64,000 nucleotides of DNA from Acidimicrobiales bacterium (GTDB taxonomy: Bacteria > Actinomycetota > Acidimicrobiia > Acidimicrobiales > SZUA-35). Shown in pieces: positions 56,163-63,212 of the stretch. The stretch spans positions 6,990-70,989 of the forward strand of contig JAHDBV010000004.1 of NCBI GenBank assembly GCA_020630195.1, read 5' to 3'. The notes beneath the pieces were generated by a model. That model saw nothing but the letters and a program-made list of their open reading frames with translations. It was not told the origin of the DNA and searched no databases. Position numbers and translations under genes: made by a program. Positions within the stretch are counted from its first letter, which is position 1. Every line of letters starts with the position of its first letter.

Positions 56163-56214
56163 CAGAGTCAGGTCGTCCGGCGCTCGTTTCCGCTGAGCGC
56201 CCCTCCCCGTCGCC

Positions 56215-56913
56215 TCAGCCGAATTTGGTGCGGGGGCGGTCCTGCTGGACTCCGTCGATGCGGACATCGACCTTCTCGTCGAAGAACGCCACCCGGCCGC
56301 CGACGGCCATCGACTCCGGCAGTGGGGTGTCGTATCCCCACACGATGTCGGTGTGCTCCGTCCCGTCGACCGTCACCGACCAGTACCGGGCCACCCCCTT
56401 GTACGGGCAGGCCGATTCGGTGTCGGTGGGGGTGAGCAGATCGAGGCGGACGTCGGTCTTGGGGAGATACCAGCGGGTCGGCAGGCCGGTCTCGTAGAGG
56501 GCGATCGCGTTCGTCGAGTCGGCCACGACCTCCCCGTCGATCTCGATCTCCACCCGACGCGACGAGGCCAGAGCGTCGACTCGCACGTAGGGGCTGCGGG
56601 CGTGCACGAAGATCTCGACCTCCTCCTCGAACCAGTGATCCGCGGCGTCGAACCGGATCGACAGATGGCCGTCCAGCTCGCCGTCGCGGCGGGTGACGGC
56701 TCCGGTGGCCACCCGACCGTCGACCACGAGATCGTCGCCACGGATCAGCGCGGTGCGGACGTCGGCCTCGGGGAAGGCGTAGGCGGGGTAGTAGGGCACG
56801 TCCCAGACGAGCCGGGCGTCGGTGGTGTCGACCACGGTCTCACCGGCGAACACGACACGGACGCGCTTGCGGGTCGGCTCGTGGTGACCGACGGCGACGG
56901 GGGAGGGCTGCAT
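56215..56913 (-). CDS. DUF427 domain protein (two DUF427 repeats)
   Basis: ATG at 56913. The repeats are VRVVFAGETVVDTTDARLVWD.PYYPAYAFP..DV and VEIEIDGEVVADSTNAIALYETGLPTRWYLP..DV......T....CPYKG.ARYWSV. Confidence 0.8.
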   Translation of the reverse strand: MQPSPVAVGHHEPTRKRVRVVFAGETVVDTTDARLVWDVPYYPAYAFPEADVRTALIRGDDLVVDGRVATGAVTRRDGELDGHLSIRFDAADHWFEEEVEIFVHARSPYVRVDALASSRRVEIEIDGEVVADSTNAIALYETGLPTRWYLPKTDVRLDLLTPTDTESACPYKGVARYWSVTVDGTEHTDIVWGYDTPLPESMAVGGRVAFFDEKVDVRIDGVQQDRPRTKFG

Positions 56914-56993
56914 GAGGGCGACAACCACGGCCGTTCGACGGACCTTCCCGGCCGTTCGACGGGCCGGGCACCCCACACGTTCTCCCCGAGGGT

Positions 56994-58034
56994 GTGGCCG
57001 GCGTGGCGGCGGGCCATCCTGAGGGGGTGAGCTTGCCGTGGCGCCTTCGCCCCGCCACACCGGCCGATGAACCACTCCTCCGGGAACTGCTCGGGGTGTC
57101 GCTGTTCGTCCCGGCCGGTGATCCCGCGGTGCCCGCCGAGATGATCGGCCAGCCCGCCTACGCCCGCTACGTCTCCGACTTCGGGCGCCGGGCCGGCGAC
57201 ATGGGGCTCGTCGCCGAGCTCGATGGTGAACCCATCGGTGGTGCTTGGGTCCGGTTGCTCGGCCCCGACGACCGCGGCTTCGGCTGGGTCGATGACGTCG
57301 TGCCCGAACTCACCCTCGCCGTCGACCCCCGCCATCGTGGCGTCGGGCTCGGGACCGCCATGCTGCGCCGCCTGTTGTCGAAGGTCGGCACCGTCTCGTT
57401 GTCGGTGCACCACGACAACCCGGCACGTGCGCTCTACCAGCGGCTCGGGTTCATCGACGTCGCCCGGCACCGCGAATCGAGCGTGATGGAACGCATCGGC
57501 GACCCCGTCACCACCGCGCTGATCATGGAGGTCCCGGCCGTCCCCGACGAGATCGAGCGCATCCGGGTCGAACACGACCCGCTCGCCCTCGCCGGCATCC
57601 CGCCGCACCTCACCGTGTTGTTCCCGTTCCGCTCCGCCGAGTCGATCGACGACGACCTCCGTCGCGCACTCGCCGACGAGATCGGCCGAACCGAGACGAT
57701 CACCGTGGAACTCGCCCGCGTCGGCCGGTTCCCCGAGTTCGTGTGGCTCGGCCCCGAAGACCCGGCGCCCATCGCAGACCTGACCCGGCGCCTGTCGATC
57801 CGCTTCCCCGACTGTGTGCCCTACGACGGGCGCCACCAGACCGTGATCCCCCACCTCACCGTCGCCCACGGCTCGGTGGCGCACATGGACGCGGTCGAAG
57901 CCGAGCTGCGTGAGGTCATGGACCGCGACGGACCGATCCGGTTCGAGGCGCGCTACGTCTCGTTGTTCGTGCAGGACTCGACGCGACGGTGGTCGAGCAA
58001 CGAGGCGTTCCGCCTCAGTTCCGACCTGCGCTGA
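56994..58034 (+). CDS. Fusion of GNAT acetyltransferase and 2H phosphoesterase (LigT / 2'-5' RNA ligase-like) domains
   Basis: The GNAT core is LAVDPRHRGVGLGTAMLRRLL...NPARALYQRLGF. The C-terminal half has the two HxT motifs of the 2H superfamily (PPHLTVLFPF and IPHLTVAHG). The start is uncertain (GTG at 57027 is possible). Confidence 0.7.
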   Translation: MAGVAAGHPEGVSLPWRLRPATPADEPLLRELLGVSLFVPAGDPAVPAEMIGQPAYARYVSDFGRRAGDMGLVAELDGEPIGGAWVRLLGPDDRGFGWVDDVVPELTLAVDPRHRGVGLGTAMLRRLLSKVGTVSLSVHHDNPARALYQRLGFIDVARHRESSVMERIGDPVTTALIMEVPAVPDEIERIRVEHDPLALAGIPPHLTVLFPFRSAESIDDDLRRALADEIGRTETITVELARVGRFPEFVWLGPEDPAPIADLTRRLSIRFPDCVPYDGRHQTVIPHLTVAHGSVAHMDAVEAELREVMDRDGPIRFEARYVSLFVQDSTRRWSSNEAFRLSSDLR

Positions 58035-58086
58035 GCGCGGGGCCGATCTGCGGCGAGCGCAGCGCCGGCGTCTCGATCCGTCGCCG

Positions 58087-59247
58087 TCAGCGGTGGGCCG
58101 GCGCCATGTAGAACCAGACGGGGAACGGCCCCTCCTGATCCTTGATCGCCGCACGGGCCGCCATCACGGTCTTGCCGGCCTCGGTCTGTTCGTGGAACCA
58201 CGCCTCCATCGCCCGACCGGCGGGCGGCGGCCCATCGGAGAGCTCGAGTGCGGCCTCTTCGTAGTAGGTCCGGATGTCGTGACACACCGCGATGGTGTTG
58301 CCGCCCGGGATGGTCTCGTCGTCCTTCCAGTGGGCGCCGTTGGCGATCCGGTCGAACATGGCGAGTGCGTCGGCCACGCCGTCGGCACCGTCGAGGATGC
58401 GACCCACGTCGGTGTGGCCACGGGCCTCGACCGCCCGCTCCCAGGCCTTGCGGATGCCTCGGGCCTCGTCGACGGCCGGGGGTGCCTCGGCGTCGAACCG
58501 GGGCGGGAGCTGGCACGACATGCCCTCTTCGATGCCCTCGATCACCTCGGGGTGGTCGGCGAGCACGGGTCCGTCCGACTCGAGGAGGGCGAACGCCCGG
58601 CGGAGCACGTCGTGCTGGAACTCGGCGTCACCGGGATGGCCGAGCGGGCGGCCGAGCGGGAACTCGCAGTAGAGCACCCGGGGAGCGGCCATACGTTCGG
58701 CGACACTCCGGCTGGAGGCGAGCACCACCGTGGCGATGCCGGCGGCTTCGAGGACGTGGGCGAGCACACACACGGTGCGCGTGCAGAGGGGTCAAACCGG
58801 GGTGAGGATCGCGACGTCGACCCCCTCGGCCTTCAACGCCGCTGCGGCGGCGGGGCCGGTGTCGTGACGGATCGTCGCCACGTCGTCGGGCTGGTTGCCG
58901 GCGAAGCTGAGATGGTGGGGGGCGACGGCGCCGATGGTGCCATCGGCGGCGAGCTCGTCGAGCCGGTCGATCGGGTAGACGACGTTGAGGTCGAGCTTCA
59001 CGCCGGAGCGGTCGAAGTTCGGGCTCCAGTGCCCGAGCACCAGGTTGCGCTCCGCCGCATCGAGCACCCGGTACGAGGTGTCGCCGGCCGTGAACTCGTC
59101 GCGGCCCGCCGGATGCAGGGCGGCGGAGGTCACGATGGCGACCGTCGCCTCGGCCAGGGGCACGGGGTCGACCCAGGCGGGGTCGTCGAAGGTGGGGACG
59201 GCGAGGCCGTCCTGCATGTTCCGCATCGCGATGTCACCGGCGCTCAT
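58087..59247 (-). CDS. Glycine/sarcosine/betaine/D-proline reductase selenoprotein B (GrdB) family protein with in-frame TGA (putative selenocysteine) at 58792-58794
   Basis: ORFs 58792..59346 and 58087..58773 are in the same frame and separated only by TGA. Read through, they give ...LKAEGVDVAILTPV-U-PLCTRTVCVLAHVLEAAGIATVV. By recollection, this is collinear with the GrdB Sec site (...VILTST-U-GTCTRC...). A hairpin follows the TGA. The start is uncertain (ATGs at 59247, 59226, 59217). Confidence 0.65.
58764..58784 (-). promoter_or_regulatory. Candidate SECIS-like hairpin downstream of the in-frame UGA
   Basis: The mRNA sequence GCACGCGC-ACCGU-GUGUGUGC gives an 8-bp stem (5 GC, 1 AU, 2 GU) and a 5-nt loop containing GU. 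It starts 8 nt after the UGA. Confidence 0.4.
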
Positions 59248-59305
59248 GGCATCGACACTGGCACAACCGGTGGGCGACTCGAAAGCCGGCGAGACCTCGG
59301 GCGGC

Positions 59306-60337
59306 TCAGGCCCGGGTGCGGTTGTCGCCCCAATGGTCCATCGCACCGGGACGGGCGAAGCGGGCGGGGCGATCCTCCGGGCCGAGCACCGAGGTCGCCA
59401 GCCACAGCCGCTTCAGGTAGCGGACCCGACCGGTGGCCGGATCGTCGACGTAGCTCCGCCGCCCGTGCACCACGTGGAAGTTGTTGATGAACTGGATGTC
59501 GCCGGGGCCGAGCGTCATCTCGAGCTGGAGGTCGGCGTCGGCGATCAGCTCGTCGAGGGCCGCCATCGCCGCCACCTGACGGTCGGTCAGGCGGGGAGCA
59601 TCCGCGTGCCGCTGCGAGGCACGGATGAACGTCGGGATGTACCGCACGAACAGGCGACCCCGGTGCTCGGTGAACGCCGGAACCAGATACCAGGGCTTCT
59701 GCCCGGGAGCCTGCTCACCCCGGAAGTCGTAGGGCAGTGGTTCGTGGAGGGCGGCCACGAGATCCGGATCCCGTTCGACGAGGCGGTTGTGGGCCGTCAC
59801 CACGTTGGCGATCCGACTCTCGCCACCGGACACCCCGTCGACCAGGCACATCAGGCCGACCAGGTCGCTGCCGTCGGAGTGGAACGGCAACGCGACCCCA
59901 CCCATCTCGTTGCCCCGAGCGGTCGGGTCGTCGAGGGCCTTGCCCTGGTCGCGCACCGTGCCGAGCACGTGGCCCTTGGCGTTCTGGGGCCACGGCTCAC
60001 CGAGGTGCCGGCCGATGGTCCAGTAGGCAGCGGTGGCGAGCTCCTCGCCGAGCTCGTCGACGGGCAGCCCGGCGATCCGGGCGAACCCCCGTCCTTCCAT
60101 CAGTTCGCGCTCGATCGTGGCCAGCTCGGGCCCGAGGCGGGGGAGCGGCACGTCATCGGCGGTGATGTCGAGCAGATCGTCGTGGCGGTCGAGCGCCGCA
60201 CGCACGCCACCGATCAGCTCCTCGAGATGCCCGTCGTCGAGCTGGAGCGTCCACCGCTCGGGATCGGCGACCTCGTCGGCGGTCCAGGCGACCTCGGGTT
60301 CGAGCGGTCGGATCTCTGCAGCGGTGATCGTGGTCAT
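59306..60337 (-). CDS. TauD/TfdA-family Fe(II)/2-oxoglutarate-dependent dioxygenase
   Basis: ATG at 60337 is preceded by AGGGGAA. The HxD facial triad (LPFHSDGSD) and distal His/Arg (FHVVHGRRSY) are present. 343 aa. Confidence 0.8.
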   Translation of the reverse strand: MTTITAAEIRPLEPEVAWTADEVADPERWTLQLDDGHLEELIGGVRAALDRHDDLLDITADDVPLPRLGPELATIERELMEGRGFARIAGLPVDELGEELATAAYWTIGRHLGEPWPQNAKGHVLGTVRDQGKALDDPTARGNEMGGVALPFHSDGSDLVGLMCLVDGVSGGESRIANVVTAHNRLVERDPDLVAALHEPLPYDFRGEQAPGQKPWYLVPAFTEHRGRLFVRYIPTFIRASQRHADAPRLTDRQVAAMAALDELIADADLQLEMTLGPGDIQFINNFHVVHGRRSYVDDPATGRVRYLKRLWLATSVLGPEDRPARFARPGAMDHWGDNRTRA

Positions 60338-60445
60338 GACGGTTCCCCTGAGCGACGGCGCGTCGATCCATGGTGGCCCGGAACGGCTCGCCCAAGCGAG
60401 CGGAACCCGCTTGGCCGCGGCGTCGGTGACGACGATCATGCGTCG

Positions 60446-61078
60446 ATGCCGACCGGATCGTCGCTCCTCGCCTTCACCCTGCTCAGTGCGGCGATCATCG
60501 CCGTGCCCGGCCCGAGTGTGATGTTCGTGATCGGTCGGGCGCTCGCACTCGGACGTCGCCCGGCCCTGCTCACCGTCGTGGGCAACGCCGCCGGTGCCTG
60601 CGCCCAGGTGGTGCTCGTGGCGGTCGGTCTCGGCGCCGTGCTCGAGCGGTCGATCGTCGCCCTCACCGTCGTGAAGTACGTGGGTGCCGCCTATCTCGTG
60701 TGGCTCGGGGTGCAGGCGATCCGGCACCGAACCGAGCCCGCCGCGGTGGACGGGCGCGAGGCCCGGCCGTCGGGTCGGGTGCTGCGTGAGGGGTTCGTCG
60801 TGGGTGTGACGAACCCGAAGCTCATCGTCTTCCTCTCGGCCTTCCTGCCCCAGTTCGTCGCCACCGACGGGTGGGCCCTGCCGCTCCAGATGCTGCTGCT
60901 CGGTGTCGTCTTCGTGGCCGTGGCCCTCGTGCTCGACAGCCTGTGGGCGATCGGTGCGGCGACGGCCCGCGACGTGCTCGTGTCCTCCGACACCGGACTC
61001 GCCCGGATCCGTCTCGTCGGCGGGCTCACGATGATCGGCCTCGGTGCCCAACTGGCGGTGTCGGGCCGGTCCGACTGA
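60446..61078 (+). CDS. LysE/RhtB-family amino-acid exporter
   Basis: ATG at 60446. N-terminus LLAFTLLSAAIIAVPGPSVMFVI, NPK motif (VTNPKLIVFL), 6 TM segments, 210 aa. Confidence 0.85.
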   Translation: MPTGSSLLAFTLLSAAIIAVPGPSVMFVIGRALALGRRPALLTVVGNAAGACAQVVLVAVGLGAVLERSIVALTVVKYVGAAYLVWLGVQAIRHRTEPAAVDGREARPSGRVLREGFVVGVTNPKLIVFLSAFLPQFVATDGWALPLQMLLLGVVFVAVALVLDSLWAIGAATARDVLVSSDTGLARIRLVGGLTMIGLGAQLAVSGRSD

Positions 61079-61079
61079 C

Positions 61080-62027
61080 TCAGCGGATCAGCAGCGCGGC
61101 CCCGGCGACGGTGAGGGCGGCCCCGGCCCAGGCCGGCCACGGCGGCCGGCGTCGGGTGCTCGCCCACAACATCGGCAACATCAGCACCGGAGTGGTCGCC
61201 GAGAGGATCGTGGCGACGCCCACGTCGCCCTCGCCGAGGGCGTAGAGCAGCAGCGTCATGCCGATGACCATGGCGATCATGCCGCTCGCGAACAGGATGA
61301 CGGCGTAGCGCCAGGTGAACGGCGCCCGCCGGGTCACCCCGGCGATCCGGTCGAGCTGCGGCGCGAAGATCCACAGCGCCACCGTGGCGATCACGGCCCG
61401 CCAGGCCGCGGCGGCGATCGCGTCGGCACCCTCGACGGCGGGTTTGGCGAGGATGCCGCCGAGTGCCTGGCCGACGGCGCCGATCAGGCCCCAGATCACA
61501 CCCGCCCGCATCGTGCCCTCGACGACCTCGAAGCGATGCGTGTCGCCCCGGGCGGTGCCGAAGGCGACGGCGATCATGACCCCGGCCACCGTGGCGGTGG
61601 CGCCCAGCAGGGCGAGCCACGTGAACCGCTCACCGAACACGACCACACCGAGCACGGCGGCCATCGGGGCGTTGGTGGTGAACAACACCGAGGTCCGGCG
61701 TGGGCCGATCCGTGCGAACGCGGTGAACAGCGCGGCGTCACCGATCAGCAGCCCGACGAGGCCCGACAGGCCGAGCAGGACGATGTCGCCCGTCGGGAGG
61801 CGCCACGTGCCCTGGGCGATGGTGATCGCGCCGAGCACGATCGTGACGAACACCATGCGGATCCGGGTGAACCGGGGGCCACCGAGCTCTCGTGCGGGAC
61901 CCGCCGCGATCAATCCGCCGACGGCCCACAGCGCAGCGGCCCCGAGGGCGGCGAGTTCGTACGGCACGGCCGGCAGGATCGCAGCCGACGCCGGCGACCG
62001 TCGGCGGATTCCTAGTCTTCGGGACAT
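61080..62027 (-). CDS. EamA/DMT-family transporter
   Basis: 10 TM segments in two EamA repeats. The ATG at 62027 would overlap the divergent racemase ATG. A later in-frame GTG (AVPYE) is an alternative start. Confidence 0.8.
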   Translation of the reverse strand: MSRRLGIRRRSPASAAILPAVPYELAALGAAALWAVGGLIAAGPARELGGPRFTRIRMVFVTIVLGAITIAQGTWRLPTGDIVLLGLSGLVGLLIGDAALFTAFARIGPRRTSVLFTTNAPMAAVLGVVVFGERFTWLALLGATATVAGVMIAVAFGTARGDTHRFEVVEGTMRAGVIWGLIGAVGQALGGILAKPAVEGADAIAAAAWRAVIATVALWIFAPQLDRIAGVTRRAPFTWRYAVILFASGMIAMVIGMTLLLYALGEGDVGVATILSATTPVLMLPMLWASTRRRPPWPAWAGAALTVAGAALLIR

Positions 62028-62727
62028 GACGAGCCAGGTACGCACGATCGGTCTGCTCGGCGGCATGAGTTGGGAGTCGTCGATCGAATACGAGCGACGG
62101 ATCAACGAGGGAGTGCGGGCCGCCCTCGGAGGCACCCACTCCGCCGACCTCGTGATCCGCAGCTACGACTTCGCCGCCATCGAAGCCCTCCAGGCCGCCG
62201 GCGACTGGGACGCCGCGGGCGAGCGGCTCGCGGCCGACGCGGCGAACCTCGAACGGGCCGGCGCCGAGGCGATCGTGTTGTGCACCAACACGATGCACGT
62301 GGTCGCCCCGGCGATCGAGGCCGCCATCACCGTCCCCTTCCTCCATCTCGCCGATGCCACCGCGGCGGCCGTCGTCGAGGCCCGTGTCGACACCGTCGCT
62401 CTGCTCGGCACCCGCTACACGATGGAGCAGGACTTCTACCGGGCGCGGCTCGAGGCCCGTGGACTGGAGGTCCTGGTGCCTGACGAACCCGATCGGACCG
62501 TCGTGCACGATGTGATCTACGACGAGCTCGTGCAGGGCCGGGTCGAGTCGTCGTCGAAGACGGCCTATCTCGGGATCATCGAACGGCTCCTCGCCCGGGG
62601 TGCCACCGGCGTGATCGCCGGCTGCACCGAGATCGAACTGCTCGTCGGGCCCGACGATGTCGAGGTCGCCTACTTCCCGACCACCGCACTGCACGCCGAG
62701 GCGGCGATCAGCTTCGCCCTCGGCTGA
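62026..62727 (+). CDS. Aspartate/glutamate racemase family protein
   Basis: IGLLGGMSWESSIEYERRIN, with two catalytic-Cys blocks (VLCTNTMH and IAGCTEIELL). 233 aa. Confidence 0.85.
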   Translation: MTSQVRTIGLLGGMSWESSIEYERRINEGVRAALGGTHSADLVIRSYDFAAIEALQAAGDWDAAGERLAADAANLERAGAEAIVLCTNTMHVVAPAIEAAITVPFLHLADATAAAVVEARVDTVALLGTRYTMEQDFYRARLEARGLEVLVPDEPDRTVVHDVIYDELVQGRVESSSKTAYLGIIERLLARGATGVIAGCTEIELLVGPDDVEVAYFPTTALHAEAAISFALG

Positions 62728-63212
62728 TCGCCCGACCCAGATCGTCCCACCAGGCCGAGAGGGCGGTTGCCGGGTCGTCCGGATGGTCGCCGTCGAAGCG
62801 GTCGAGGCCGTCGGCCATGGCGTCGAGCCCGGGGTGTTCGCGGCGGGCGAGCGCGGCGGAGTTCCGATCCGGAAAGACGCGGAGTGTGAAGCTCATCGGC
62901 AGCAGGCGGGCGAACGCCGCGAGGCGGCCATCGGGGTCGAGCGTGGCCGGGGCGATGTCGGGGAGGCGCGCCGCGGTGACCGGATGGGCCCGCCACGTGT
63001 CGACGAGGTCATCGCGGCGAAGGCGTTCATCTCCGCATGTGCCGTCATGTTCCCGCTCAGTCGGCCGGGGACGTCGTCGTACTCGCCGACGCGATTCCGG
63101 CCCGTGGCGACGATCGTGGCGTCGCTCGGATCGACGAGGACGGCGTCCACGCGAGGTCGAACGCGTGACGCCACGGCTCGTCGAGCGCGGCCCACGCGTC
63201 GGATGCGGTCAT
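62708..63212 (-). pseudogene. Decayed cytidine/nucleoside-deaminase-like gene (at least two frame changes, PCxxC motif missing)
   Basis: The ATG at 63212 overlaps the upstream stop (ATGA) and opens MTASDAWAALDEPWRHAFDLAW. The next frame carries VDAVLVDPSDATIVATGRNRVGEYDD...MTAHAEMNAFAAM (HAE zinc motif). A third frame carries a further protein-like ~95 aa ending at 62708. No frame contains PCxxC. Confidence 0.5.

Noticed and set aside
58792-58794. Treating the TGA as an ordinary stop, giving two separate genes (58792..59346 and 58087..58773)
   Set aside because: The downstream piece would begin at a GTG inside a conserved segment with no RBS. The two pieces are in-frame and jointly collinear with one GrdB-family protein, and the TGA falls at the family's Sec/Cys column. 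A pseudogene or genuine truncation cannot be excluded without the sel genes, so confidence stays moderate.
58087-60337. Canonical glycine or D-proline (Stickland) reductase operon
   Set aside because: Only the B-subunit homologue is present. No GrdA/GrdC/GrdD/GrdE, PrdA or thioredoxin reductase genes are adjacent, and the neighbour is an O2-dependent dioxygenase.
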